Assembly: GCA_041694815.1 (NCBI GenBank)
Contig: JBGFSC010000004.1
Coordinates: 50,667-114,666, forward strand
DNA length: 64,000 nt
Origin: Elusimicrobiota bacterium
Lineage (GTDB): Bacteria; Elusimicrobiota; Elusimicrobia; UBA1565; JACRDR01
Direction of reading: 5' to 3'
Every line of letters starts with the position of its first letter. Position 1 is the stretch's first letter. The translations under genes were made by a program, and so were the position numbers. The notes beneath the pieces are model-generated. The model was not told the origin of the DNA. It was given only the letters and a program-made list of their open reading frames with translations, and did not search any database. This document shows, piece after piece, positions 14,805 to 24,680 of this stretch.

Positions 14805-15556
14805 CCATCGCCCTGCTCACGGATTTCGGCTTGCGCGATCCCTTCGTGGGGATCGTCAAGGGCGTGATTCTATCGCGCTCGCCGTCGGCGCGCATCGTGG
14901 ACTTGTCCCATGGAATCCCCCCGCAGGATCTGCGCGCGGCCGCCTTGGCGCTGCGCTCGGCCGTCGATTATTTCCCGGAGAATACCCTTTTCGTCTGCGT
15001 TGTTGATCCGGGGGTCGGCTCCCAGCGCAGGATCTTGTGGGCCCGCTCGGACCGCCACCAGTTCCTGGCCCCCGACAACGGCCTCTTGAGCTGGGCGGCG
15101 GCCCTTCGCCCGCTCAAGGAGCTGCGAGAGGTGCGCAACCGCCGCCTATTTTTGAGAGGCGTCGGCTCGACCTTTCACGGGAGGGACCGCTTCGCGCCCG
15201 TCGCGGCCCAGCTGCACGAGGGGCTGGAGCCTGCCCGGCTCGGGCCGAGGGTGCGCTCCTTCGCGCGCATCCCTTTTCCCCCCGTCCAGCGCTCCGGCCG
15301 TGCGCTCATCGGCGAGATACTGGTGGTCGATCATTTCGGCAACGCGGTGACGAATTTGGAGTCCTCCCGGCTTAAGGGCCGAAGGATCCGTTTCGCCGGC
15401 CGCGACCTGGGTCCCCTGCGGCCTAGCTACTCTTCAGTGCCGAGAGGAAGTGCAGTGGTCGTCTCGGGCTCCCTGGGCCTGGCGGAGCTGTCGGTGCGCG
15501 AAGGCGATTTCGCGCGGGACTTTGCGGCAAGAGTGGGGGACCCTGTCCATGCCTGA
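14801..15556 (+). CDS. SAM hydroxide adenosyltransferase / SAM-dependent halogenase family (DUF62)
   Basis: The frame extends upstream of the ORF-track start to LTIALLTDFGLRDPFVG. Motifs VVDPGVG, APDNG, TFHGRDRFAP and DHFGN. Confidence 0.9.
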   Translation: MTIALLTDFGLRDPFVGIVKGVILSRSPSARIVDLSHGIPPQDLRAAALALRSAVDYFPENTLFVCVVDPGVGSQRRILWARSDRHQFLAPDNGLLSWAAALRPLKELREVRNRRLFLRGVGSTFHGRDRFAPVAAQLHEGLEPARLGPRVRSFARIPFPPVQRSGRALIGEILVVDHFGNAVTNLESSRLKGRRIRFAGRDLGPLRPSYSSVPRGSAVVVSGSLGLAELSVREGDFARDFAARVGDPVHA

Positions 15557-16739
15557 TGCCTTGCTTACCGTACGGCTTAAGCCCAACGAGGAGAAACGGA
15601 TCTTGGCGGGTCACGCGTGGGTATTTTCCAACGAGATCGAGTCGGTGACGGGAGCTCCCGGCCCCGGAGACGCCGTCGTGGCCGAAACCTCCCGGGGGGC
15701 CCTTCTCGGCATCGGCTTTTACCACCCCCACAGCCTCATCGCCTGGCGGCTCCTATCGAGGCGTGCGGAACCGCTGGACCTGGAATTCTTCAAGCGCCGC
15801 CTGGGCCGCGCGGCGCAGTACCGCGAGTCCCTGTACCCCGGGCTCAGGTCGTATCGCCTTTGCTTCGGCGAGTCCGACGCTTTGCCCGGACTGGTGATCG
15901 ACCGCTATGAGGACGTCTTCGTGCTCGAGCTTCTTTCGGCGGGCATGGAACGGCGGTTGGAGCTCATCGCCCAGGCGCTGGAGGAATTGTTCTCCCCGCG
16001 CGGCGTCTATCTCAAAAACGACCATCCGGCGCGTTCGCTCGAGGGGCTGTCGCTCCAGTCGCGCGTCCTTTCGGGGGAAGTGCCTCCGCGCGTGCAGATC
16101 GAGGAGGGGGGGCTGCGCTTCTCCGTGGGGCTGACGGAAGGGCAGAAAACTGGCTTTTACTTCGACCAGCGGGACAACCGCGCCTGCCTGCAGCCCTACT
16201 TTAAGGGCCGCAACGTGCTCGACCTCTACAGCTATGTGGGAGCTTTCGCGCTGCGCGCGGCCAAAGCCGGGGCGCGGCAGGTCTTCGGGCTCGACAGCTC
16301 GGCCGCGGCGATTGGCCTGGCCCGGGAGAACGCGGCGCTTAACGGCCTCGAGCAGCTCTGCCACTTCGACGAGGGCGACGCCGAGGAGGTGCTGGAGGCT
16401 TTCGGGTCTTCCGCGCAGCCCTTCGCTCCCGATTTCATCCTTCTCGATCCGCCGAGCTTCGCCCCTTCCAAGAAGCACCTGCTCAAGGCCCTGCGCGCCT
16501 ATACGCGCCTTAACACCGCCGCGGCCCGCTGCCTTCCGCCGGGGGGGCTATTGGCGTCGAGCACCTGTTCGCACCACGTCGGCAGGGAGGCGTTCGTCGG
16601 CATGCTGCGCGAGGCCACGGCGAAGGCCGGCCGCTCCTGCCGCCTCTTGGAGCTGCGCACGCAGGCCAAGGACCATCCGATCCTGCTCGCGATGCCGGAG
16701 ACGCAGTACCTCCACTTCGCGCTGCTCGAAGTCACGTGA
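15549..16739 (+). CDS. rlmI: RlmI-like class I SAM-dependent rRNA methyltransferase
   Basis: GHAWVFSNEI PUA domain, ESDALPGLVIDRY, GQKTGFYFDQR, LDPPSF and DHP. Confidence 0.85.
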   Translation: MPDALLTVRLKPNEEKRILAGHAWVFSNEIESVTGAPGPGDAVVAETSRGALLGIGFYHPHSLIAWRLLSRRAEPLDLEFFKRRLGRAAQYRESLYPGLRSYRLCFGESDALPGLVIDRYEDVFVLELLSAGMERRLELIAQALEELFSPRGVYLKNDHPARSLEGLSLQSRVLSGEVPPRVQIEEGGLRFSVGLTEGQKTGFYFDQRDNRACLQPYFKGRNVLDLYSYVGAFALRAAKAGARQVFGLDSSAAAIGLARENAALNGLEQLCHFDEGDAEEVLEAFGSSAQPFAPDFILLDPPSFAPSKKHLLKALRAYTRLNTAAARCLPPGGLLASSTCSHHVGREAFVGMLREATAKAGRSCRLLELRTQAKDHPILLAMPETQYLHFALLEVT

Positions 16740-18499
16740 GAGGCGACGGCGCGCTGCAGCGGCTGCTGCGCGTCATCCAACGCAAGCATGAGGCAGGCCT
16801 CGCCGAGAAGCGCCTCCGGTACGCGGCGGAGCTCTCCTTGCGCGTGGCCGCCGGTACGGCCTTAGACGGCCTGCGCTTTTTGGGCTCCGAAAGGCAGGGC
16901 GGCGCCGAGGAGCTGTTGTTCGCCTGCCCGCGAAACGATTCGAGGCTAAGGCCGGGCAGCCGCCTGCTGCTGAGCCGCGGCGACCCGAGTCGTCCGGCCG
17001 CCAGGGTCGAACTCGTCGATGACCGCGTCGAGAACGGGGGTTGCGTATTGCGCCTGGCCCTGTTGGCGCGAGAGGACGGCTCGGCTTGGTCGGGCGACGG
17101 GTGGGTCCTAGACGAGGACCACGTCGACCTTCGAGGGATCGAGCTGTCGATATTGGATTTGTCGGCCGAGGCGGGGCTCGAGTCCTGGCTGGAGGGAGGC
17201 GATAGGCCTTCGGCCCCGGAAGGCGCTATGGGGCAGGGCGGATTGGACGAGGCCTTTGACCGCGCTTCCTTGGACGGGCCGTGGGACGCCTTCCAGGGGC
17301 CGCCGGGTACAGGGAAGACTCATTTGTTGGCCCGGGTCGCCTTGGACGCGGCGTTGAACAAGGGGCGGCGAGTGCTGGTCACGGCCGTCTCGCACCAGGC
17401 GATCGGCAACGCGCTTTCCCAGTGCTACTGGCATGCGGCCGAAAGGAGCGACGAGGCCGCAAGGGCCCTGAGGCGTGAGGGATTTTTCAAGATCGGCAGT
17501 TCCCGCGTGGCGATGGCGGCCCTTCCCGCCGATATCCGCTCGGCTAGGCGCCTGCCGAAGGCGCCGGGCCCCTGGATCGCGGGAGCCACCCTGTACGCGC
17601 TTTTTGCCGGCGTGGAGGAGTCCTCGCAGCTTCCGCTCGCCGATCTCGCGCTGTTTGACGAGGCCGGTCAAGCGCCGCTTGTCTTGGGTTTGGGCGCGCG
17701 TCTGGCCGCTCGGCGCGCCGTTTTTATCGGCGATGATCGGCAGCTCCCTCCCGTTCATGCCCTATCGTCGGAGGAGGAACGGGAGGAGGCGGCGTCCGAG
17801 TCCGTGCTGCAGATGGTCCGCGCGCGCTACGGTCCGCCCTTTTTTCTCAGCCAAACGCGGCGCATGAACGCGGAACTATGCCGCGCCGTCAGTGACTGCT
17901 TCTACGGGGGCGGGCTCTCCTCCGTCGAGTCGGCGGCCAGCAGGCGCCTGCCGCTCCGAGGGCCGCCGAGGCCCCCTTTCGACGGGATCTTGGCCGCCGA
18001 GCACAGCCTCGTCTTCCTGGACGTGAGGGAAAAGGCCTCGCGCTCCTTCTCGGATTCCCAGGCGCGCTGGGCCGCAGCGGCGGCCGCGGAGGCGGTGCGT
18101 TGCGGCATCGCGCCGCGAGAGATCGGGTTCATATCGCCGTTCAGGGCGCAGTGCAACCGCATCCGCAGGCATCTGCAGGAAATCGGCGTGGCCCATGAAG
18201 AGATGCTGGTGAGCACCGTCGAACGGTTCCAGGGGCAGGAGCGCGAGATGATCGTACTCTCCTGGGCATCCTCGGACGCGTCGTACCTTGCCCGGACCAG
18301 GGGCTTTTTGTTCTCGGCCCAGCGCCTCAATGTCGCCGTTAGCCGCGCCAGGACCAAGGTGCTTTTTATCGGAGCCCTCGAGCCCTTGGAGGAATTCGCG
18401 CGCTCCGCGGATCCGGACGATCCGGCGGCCGAGGGTGCCAGGGCCTTCTTGCGCCTGCTCTCGCATGCCAGGGTGTTCCGGGGACTGGAGCCGGCATGA
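16736..18499 (+). CDS. SF1 helicase, Upf1/Dna2-like (AAA_11/AAA_12)
   Basis: GPPGTGKT, DEAGQ, GDDRQLPP, SPFRAQ, STVERFQGQE and RLNVAVSRAR. Confidence 0.88.
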   Translation: MRGDGALQRLLRVIQRKHEAGLAEKRLRYAAELSLRVAAGTALDGLRFLGSERQGGAEELLFACPRNDSRLRPGSRLLLSRGDPSRPAARVELVDDRVENGGCVLRLALLAREDGSAWSGDGWVLDEDHVDLRGIELSILDLSAEAGLESWLEGGDRPSAPEGAMGQGGLDEAFDRASLDGPWDAFQGPPGTGKTHLLARVALDAALNKGRRVLVTAVSHQAIGNALSQCYWHAAERSDEAARALRREGFFKIGSSRVAMAALPADIRSARRLPKAPGPWIAGATLYALFAGVEESSQLPLADLALFDEAGQAPLVLGLGARLAARRAVFIGDDRQLPPVHALSSEEEREEAASESVLQMVRARYGPPFFLSQTRRMNAELCRAVSDCFYGGGLSSVESAASRRLPLRGPPRPPFDGILAAEHSLVFLDVREKASRSFSDSQARWAAAAAAEAVRCGIAPREIGFISPFRAQCNRIRRHLQEIGVAHEEMLVSTVERFQGQEREMIVLSWASSDASYLARTRGFLFSAQRLNVAVSRARTKVLFIGALEPLEEFARSADPDDPAAEGARAFLRLLSHARVFRGLEPA

Positions 18500-19296
18500 G
18501 GCTGCGCTGGAAAATGGCCGTGGGCGCGGGCTCGATCTTGGCTTCAGCGACCGCCGCCTATATCCTATGGCTTCCCGACGTGTCCTTCCTCGCGCTCGAG
18601 AACCCCAGGTCCACCGCCTATATCGAGCATTACGTCAAGCGCAGCGTCCGCCAGGGGAGGAAGCCCGCGGTATTCATGCGATGGGTCCCCTTGTCGCACA
18701 TCTCTCCCCACTTGGCCCATGCCGTGGTGATCGCCGAAGACGACATGTTCTACCGGCATGGGGGCGTGGATTGGGAGTCCCTGCAGAAGGCCTTCGATTA
18801 CAACCTCCGACGAGGCCGTTTCGCGCGCGGCGCGAGCACTATCACCCAGCAGACCGCCCGCAACCTCTTTCTGTCTCCTTCGAGGAACCCTTTGCGCAAG
18901 ATAAAGGAGACGCTCATCGCATGGAAGCTGGAGCGGGCCCTGACCAAGGACCGCATCCTGGAGATCTATCTCAATATCGCGGAGTGGGGCGTCGGGATCT
19001 ACGGGGTCCAGGCCGCCAGCCGCGCGTATTTCGGCAAGGATGCTTCCCAGATCAATCCCGAGGAGGCCGCCGCCCTCGCGGCCGCCCTGCCGAGCCCCTG
19101 GCGCTGGAACCCCTTGCGGGAGGCGGGGCCGAAGATGCTCCGCCGGCGCGAGGTGCTTCTCGAGCGCATGCAGCGCGCCGGCTACCTTCCGGGCGGCGAC
19201 TTAGCTGAGGTGGCGCGGGTGGACATGTCGACGACTCCGGTGCGCCCCTCGCCTCGTCGGCCCGCAGCCGAACAATATAGGTCCTTAGACCCATAA
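18496..19296 (+). CDS. mtgA: Monofunctional peptidoglycan transglycosylase
   Basis: AEDDMFYRHGG, GASTITQQTARNLFL, RK..E and LEIYLNIAEWG. Confidence 0.93.
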   Translation: MRLRWKMAVGAGSILASATAAYILWLPDVSFLALENPRSTAYIEHYVKRSVRQGRKPAVFMRWVPLSHISPHLAHAVVIAEDDMFYRHGGVDWESLQKAFDYNLRRGRFARGASTITQQTARNLFLSPSRNPLRKIKETLIAWKLERALTKDRILEIYLNIAEWGVGIYGVQAASRAYFGKDASQINPEEAAALAAALPSPWRWNPLREAGPKMLRRREVLLERMQRAGYLPGGDLAEVARVDMSTTPVRPSPRRPAAEQYRSLDP

Positions 19297-19350
19297 CGTG
19301 AGGACCTTTGGACCCATGCGCGTCCTAGGCCTTTTCAGTATCCTGCCCGC

Positions 19351-20628
19351 ATGAAGCGGTTCTCAGGGAGGGAGAAAATCATGAGGGGTTGGATCACGCT
19401 CGTTTTCGTCTTGTGCCACGCGTCCATCGGCTCGGCGCAGCTGACCGTCAAGGGCCAGAAGAGCCCGCGCTCGGAGCGGCGCATCCTCGTCGGCTTCAAG
19501 CCGGGAGTCGACAGGGGAGAGCGCGTCAGCGTCTTGAAAACCCTGGGCCTGGAGCCTGCCGAGGAGATACGCTCGCTGGGGGTGGTGGTGGCGCAGCCCT
19601 CGCAAGAGGAGTTCCGCACCGCCGCCGTGGCGAGGATATCCCAGCACCCCTCCATCCTGACGGCCGAAGAGGACGTCTGGATACAATGGGATCTCGAGGA
19701 CGCTCCCGCCGGCTCCTTCCATCAGACGCCGATGCCGTCTCTCGGCGAACTTTCGGGCCAATTGCCTTCCTTCAAGCGCGAAGAGCTCGGCGACAGGGAA
19801 ATCCCCTGGGGCGTGCGGCGGGTTAACGCTCCCACGGTCTGGGCCAAGAATCGCGGAGAGGGAGTGCGCGTCGCCGTGATCGATACCGGCGTCGACTTCC
19901 GCCATCCGGACCTCGCGCCGAACCTCTCGGGCGGCCTCAATACCTTCGATGAGCAGGCCCCTCCGCTCGATGATCAGGGCCACGGCACGGCGATGGCCGG
20001 CATCGTAGCGGCGGTCAAGGACGGCCGTGGCGTGGTGGGGGTGGCGCCCAAGGCGAAGCTTTACGCCGTGAAGGTGGCCGACGCCACCGGCGGCGGACGG
20101 CTCTCAAACATGATCGAGGGCATACTCTGGTGCGCCGATCAGCGCATGCATGTCGCCAACATCTCGATGGGCATGAAGATGGACAGCGCCTTCCTCAACC
20201 GCGCGATCAAGTACGCGGTGAGCCGAGGCGTCACGATCGTGGCGGCCGCCGGGAATTCCGGCCGAACCGTCGACCCCTCCGTGTCTTATCCGGCGGCCTA
20301 CCCCGAGGTTATCGCGGTCTCGGCGGGCGATCCCAACGATCAAATCGCCGGTTTCTCGAGCCGGGGACCTGAGATCGACTTCCTGGCGCCTGGGGTGCAG
20401 ATCCTTTCCGCCGAGATGGGCGGAGGTACGGCGGCGCATTCGGGGACTTCCCCGGCCGCCCCGCACGTGGCGGGCCTGGCGGCGCTGGCCGTCGCGCAGG
20501 GAGCCAAGAGCCCTGCCGCCGTGCGCTCGGCCTTGGACGCGGCTGCGGTCAAGGTCAGCGGGCTCGGCCCGGCGGAGCAGGGTGCCGGCGTCATCGACGC
20601 CGCGCGGCTGATCCATAAAGCTCGTTAG
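19351..20628 (+). CDS. Secreted subtilisin-like S8 serine peptidase (alternative start 19381)
   Basis: Catalytic triad motifs IDTG, HGT and SGTSPAAPHVAG; AAAGN; signal peptide. Confidence 0.93.
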   Translation: MKRFSGREKIMRGWITLVFVLCHASIGSAQLTVKGQKSPRSERRILVGFKPGVDRGERVSVLKTLGLEPAEEIRSLGVVVAQPSQEEFRTAAVARISQHPSILTAEEDVWIQWDLEDAPAGSFHQTPMPSLGELSGQLPSFKREELGDREIPWGVRRVNAPTVWAKNRGEGVRVAVIDTGVDFRHPDLAPNLSGGLNTFDEQAPPLDDQGHGTAMAGIVAAVKDGRGVVGVAPKAKLYAVKVADATGGGRLSNMIEGILWCADQRMHVANISMGMKMDSAFLNRAIKYAVSRGVTIVAAAGNSGRTVDPSVSYPAAYPEVIAVSAGDPNDQIAGFSSRGPEIDFLAPGVQILSAEMGGGTAAHSGTSPAAPHVAGLAALAVAQGAKSPAAVRSALDAAAVKVSGLGPAEQGAGVIDAARLIHKAR

Positions 20629-20665
20629 CCTGGGCCCCGGGCGCGGGTCTGTCGTCAATATTCTG

Positions 20666-21394
20666 GTGACGACCCGAGGCATTTTTGTAGTCGGGCTTTT
20701 GTTCCTCGCGTATGGGACGAGTGCGGCGGAGTCCACAGGCACCGCCAAGAACTGGAAGGAATCGGCCGAACTCACACTGATCAATACCACCGGCAACAGC
20801 CGCGCTACGACTTACGGGGCCAAGCAGCTCTTCACCTATAACCGAGGCCGTGCCGGCGTCGAAGTCAAGGCGGGCGCGTTGGGTTCGAAAAGCGGGCGTT
20901 CGGTCACCGCCGAGCAGTATAACGCCAGCGAGAAGGTGACCTGGAAAATCCGGGGGGCTTTCTATAACTTCGAGCGCTTCGCCTGGGACAAGAACCGCTT
21001 CGCCGGCATTCTCAACCGTTACGACGCTTCGGGAGGGTTCGGTTGGGGGTTTTTCGAGAATAGGTCGAACCAGCTGCTGGTGGAGTTCGGCGGCGCCTAT
21101 ATCAGCGAGGAGCGCAGCGCGTCGGGGAAGAACGAGTTCGCTTCCGGTAGGGCCTTCACGAAATTCACCAGGGCCCTGGGGCCGAATTCGCGTTTCGTCC
21201 AAGAAGGGACCTACAATCGCAATTTCAAGGACGGCCGCGATTACCGCGTCCACACCGACACGGCTTTGATCGCCTCGATCTCCACCCACCTGTCGCTGAA
21301 GGTCTCCTACGAGTGGAGGCGGGTCAACCGGCCGCCGGCGGGATTCGTCAAGGACGACACCATCACGGCCATGGCCATCATTTTAAATTACTAA
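20666..21394 (+). CDS. DUF481 / YdiY-like outer-membrane beta-barrel
   Basis: Signal peptide, TTGNS, D.FAGI..RY and terminal D..T...I..NY. Confidence 0.82.
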   Translation: MTTRGIFVVGLLFLAYGTSAAESTGTAKNWKESAELTLINTTGNSRATTYGAKQLFTYNRGRAGVEVKAGALGSKSGRSVTAEQYNASEKVTWKIRGAFYNFERFAWDKNRFAGILNRYDASGGFGWGFFENRSNQLLVEFGGAYISEERSASGKNEFASGRAFTKFTRALGPNSRFVQEGTYNRNFKDGRDYRVHTDTALIASISTHLSLKVSYEWRRVNRPPAGFVKDDTITAMAIILNY

Positions 21395-21493
21395 GGCGGT
21401 TGACGGTCCAGGTTCTCAAGGCAGCGTTTACGCGCTTCGGGCGCGTGGCTCGGCTATAGCGAGGGTCGGGCGAAAAATTCTAAAGTTATCCTG

Positions 21494-21973
21494 ATGCCGG
21501 CGATCTCGGAGCAATTCATGCAGCTGGCCATCGAGGCGGCCCGCAAGGGCTGTTCGGAGGGGGCGGGCGGCCCCTTCGGGGCCTGCATCGTCCACAAGGG
21601 GAAGGTGCTGTCGGTCGGCCACAACACGGTGCTCCGCGGGAAGAACCCGACCTTGCACGCGGAGATCTGCGCGATTAATTCGGCGACGCTTAAGCTCGGC
21701 ACGCACGAGCTATCCGGCTGCGATATCTATTCGACTACGGAGCCCTGCGTGATGTGCTTTGCGGCCATCAATTGGGCCAAGATCGGCCGCGTCTATTTCG
21801 GAACTAGGGTCAACGACGTCAAAAGGCTGGGCTTCAACGAGCTCACCATTTCCAACCGCACCCTCAAGCGGCTCGGCCGAAGCAACATCCGCCTCTATCC
21901 CGGGTTCCGCCGGAAGGAATGCCTCGAGCTGCTCGATTATTGGAAAGGCCTGCCGGGCCGCCGCACCTATTGA
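21494..21973 (+). CDS. guaD: Guanine deaminase (cytidine deaminase superfamily)
   Basis: GGPFGA, HAEI.AI and EPCVMC..AI.WA; first gene of the purine catabolism operon. Confidence 0.85.
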   Translation: MPAISEQFMQLAIEAARKGCSEGAGGPFGACIVHKGKVLSVGHNTVLRGKNPTLHAEICAINSATLKLGTHELSGCDIYSTTEPCVMCFAAINWAKIGRVYFGTRVNDVKRLGFNELTISNRTLKRLGRSNIRLYPGFRRKECLELLDYWKGLPGRRTY

Positions 21974-22785
21974 TGGCCTCCTCCCAGACTCTCGCCGACT
22001 GGGTGCGCGATCTCCCCAAGCCCGCCGTCGCCTGCACCTTGGTGGAGGTAGTCGGGAGCGCGCCGCAGTCGGTCGGCGCCAGGATGTGGGTCGGAGCCGA
22101 GCGCTTCCTGGGCACGCTGGGCGGGGGGGAATTCGAACGGCGGGTCCTCGATCACGCTAGGCGAATGCTGCGCGAGGGGCGCCAAGCCCCGGCGCTCATG
22201 GAATTCGTGCTCTGCAAGGAGATGGGGCAATGCTGCGGCGGCCGCGCCCGCGTGTTCTTCGAGCCGGTGCTTCCTAAGAAATCGGCGGTCCTCTTCGGCG
22301 CGGGCCATGTGGGCCGCGCCGTGGCCGAAGTGCTCGCGGGAACTCCCGCCGATGTCCTGCTCGTCGACGGACGGCCGGAATGGGCGAAGGCCGAAGACCT
22401 GCCCTCGGGGGTCGAATCGAGGCTCGAGGACCCGCTCGCCTACGCGCGCTCGAGGCGTTGGGGGGAGCGCGACGCCTGCTGCGTCTTCACCCACAGCCAC
22501 GAGCTCGATTTCCAGCTCGTTTCTTTTCTATTGCCCCAACCCCTCGGATTCCTGGGCTTGATTGGTTCCGAGCACAAGGCCGCGGTGTTCCGCGCCCGCT
22601 TGGGCTCCGGACCAGACGGGTCGGAGCTGCAGGCACTCTGGGACGAGAAGATGCATTGCCCCCTGGGCATCCCCTTGGACAGCAAGAATCCGAAGGTGAT
22701 CGCCGTCTCCATCGCCGCGGAATTGCTTCGGGAATGGGGCCTTCGCGAACCGGAAGCTCCCGAGCTCCATGGCGCCGCTCGCTAG
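21973..22785 (+). CDS. xdhC: Xanthine dehydrogenase accessory protein
   Basis: GSAP..VGARM, GTLGGG..E, MGQCCGG, FGAGHVG, THSHELD and GLIGS..K. Confidence 0.92.
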   Translation: MASSQTLADWVRDLPKPAVACTLVEVVGSAPQSVGARMWVGAERFLGTLGGGEFERRVLDHARRMLREGRQAPALMEFVLCKEMGQCCGGRARVFFEPVLPKKSAVLFGAGHVGRAVAEVLAGTPADVLLVDGRPEWAKAEDLPSGVESRLEDPLAYARSRRWGERDACCVFTHSHELDFQLVSFLLPQPLGFLGLIGSEHKAAVFRARLGSGPDGSELQALWDEKMHCPLGIPLDSKNPKVIAVSIAAELLREWGLREPEAPELHGAAR

Positions 22786-23350
22786 CCAGGTCTATCTCCT
22801 GGCGGCTGGGGAAGGCCGGCGGGCCGGCGGGCCGAAGGCCTGGCGGCTATTCGAAGGGCGCTCCTTGCTCGAGCGCCAAGTGGAATTCCTTTCCCGGCTT
22901 TTTCGCCCCGAGGACATCGCCGTGACCGTGCAGGAGGGATGGCAGGAGCGCGTCCGAAAAATCGACCCGGATATCCTCTGGATTCCGGAGGATCCGAAAC
23001 AGACAGCTTTGGGCGCGTTGCAGGCCCTGCTGCTCCGCTCGCCGATCCGGGATTGGGCCTTCCTCTATCACGTCGACATGCCCGTTTGGGAGAAGGGACT
23101 GTTCGAAGGGCTTTACAAGCATATCCCGGCGGCCCGGTCGCGGGGCGAGGAATCGATCGCGCCGAGCCATGGCGGGAGGAAAGGGCATCCGGTGCTGATA
23201 GCCGCCCCCCTGGCCCCGGGCATCGCCGCCCTGGACCCGTCCACAGGCAGGCTCGACCATTGGTTGAGGGAGCGGCGGCAATCCGTCGTCGAGCTGCCGT
23301 ATCCTTGCATCCATTCCAATTGGAACCATGCCAACCTTCGCGCTGCGTAG
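22769..23350 (+). CDS. MocA/MobA-like molybdenum cofactor nucleotidyltransferase
   Basis: LAAGEGRR.GGPKA, VDMP and GRKGHPV. Confidence 0.85.
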   Translation: MAPLASQVYLLAAGEGRRAGGPKAWRLFEGRSLLERQVEFLSRLFRPEDIAVTVQEGWQERVRKIDPDILWIPEDPKQTALGALQALLLRSPIRDWAFLYHVDMPVWEKGLFEGLYKHIPAARSRGEESIAPSHGGRKGHPVLIAAPLAPGIAALDPSTGRLDHWLRERRQSVVELPYPCIHSNWNHANLRAA

Positions 23351-24680
23351 CCGGCGCGTCGTGACGCCGCAGGGCCTGCGGCCGGCCACGGTGCTGGTCC
23401 GCGACGGCAAAATCGAGGCCGTCGAGCCGTTCGAGTCCTCCGCCGGAACTTTTGGACTTTTAGACGCCGCGGAGAAGCTGTTGATGCCGGCCCTGGTGGA
23501 TACCCATGTGCACGTCAACGAGCCGGGCCGCGCCGAATGGGAGGGCTTCGAAACCGCTACCCAGGCGGCGGCGGCCGGCGGCGTGTCGACGCTCGTCGAT
23601 ATGCCGCTCAACAGCGTCCCGGTCACGACCAGCCTCCGGGCACTCGAGGCGAAACGCCGCTCGGCGCAGGGCAAGTGCTGGGTCGATTGCGGGTTTTGGG
23701 GCGGAGTGGTGCCAGGCAACCGGGGCGAGCTCGAGGCGATGATCGACGCGGGGGTTTTCGGCTTCAAGGCCTTCCTGATCGATTCGGGAATCCCGGAATT
23801 CCCGGCGGTCGAGGAGCGCGATCTCAGGGAGGCGATGCCCGTGCTTGCGCGCCGCGGCGTGCCTCTGCTGGCGCACGCCGAGCTTTGCGGCCCGGCGCCC
23901 ATTCCCCGGAATTCCCGCCGCTATAAGGATTACCTCGATTCCAGGCCCAAGGCATGGGAGAACGAGGCGGTGCGGATGCTCTCGAGGCTTTGCCGCGAGA
24001 CCGGATGCCGCGTGCACGTCGTGCACCTTTCCTCGGCGCAGGCCCTCGAGTCGCTACGCGAGGCCAAGGCGGAGGGGCTGCCCATGAGCGCCGAGACCTG
24101 CCCGCATTACCTCTGCCTCTGCGCAGAGGATGTCGGCGACGGGCGCACGGAGTTCAAGTGCGCGCCGCCCATCCGGGAGGCGGCCAATCGCGAGCGGCTC
24201 TGGGAGGCGCTGGCGGACGGGACGATCGACTTTATCGTCTCCGATCATTCCCCCTGCCTCCCCGAGCTCAAGGAGCTCGAGTCGGGCGACTTCCAGCGGG
24301 CCTGGGGCGGGATCTCCTCGCTCCAGTGGGGATTGCCGGCGGTCTGGACGGAGGCCCGCTCGCGCGGGTTCTCCGCGGAGCGCATGGCGGCGTGGATGTC
24401 CGCCGCTCCGGCGGCATTCGCCGGGCTGCGCTCGAAGGGCGCCGTGGAGGTTGGCAAGGACGCCGACCTGGTCGTCTGGGACCCCGACGCGTCCTTCACG
24501 GCCGATCCCCGGGGCCTCAAGCACCGGCATCGAGTCAGCCCTTACGCGGGACGAAAGTTCTTCGGGGTGGTGGAGACGACGTTCCTGAGAGGCGAGAAAA
24601 TATATGAGCGAGGAAATCTTGCAGGGCCTTGCGGAGTCGCCCTCCGCCGCGAAAGCGCCGCCGTTCACCGATCTGCCTGA
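23328..24680 (+). CDS. allB: Allantoinase
   Basis: DTHVHVNEPGRAEWEGF, DMPLNS, ETCPHYL, FKCAPPIR and SDHSP. Confidence 0.95.
   Translation: MPTFALRSRRVVTPQGLRPATVLVRDGKIEAVEPFESSAGTFGLLDAAEKLLMPALVDTHVHVNEPGRAEWEGFETATQAAAAGGVSTLVDMPLNSVPVTTSLRALEAKRRSAQGKCWVDCGFWGGVVPGNRGELEAMIDAGVFGFKAFLIDSGIPEFPAVEERDLREAMPVLARRGVPLLAHAELCGPAPIPRNSRRYKDYLDSRPKAWENEAVRMLSRLCRETGCRVHVVHLSSAQALESLREAKAEGLPMSAETCPHYLCLCAEDVGDGRTEFKCAPPIREAANRERLWEALADGTIDFIVSDHSPCLPELKELESGDFQRAWGGISSLQWGLPAVWTEARSRGFSAERMAAWMSAAPAAFAGLRSKGAVEVGKDADLVVWDPDASFTADPRGLKHRHRVSPYAGRKFFGVVETTFLRGEKIYERGNLAGPCGVALRRESAAVHRSA

Noticed and set aside
14801-15556. Fluorinase/chlorinase natural-product cluster
   Set aside because: The context is housekeeping with no biosynthetic genes; the common DUF62 SAM hydrolase is the simpler call.
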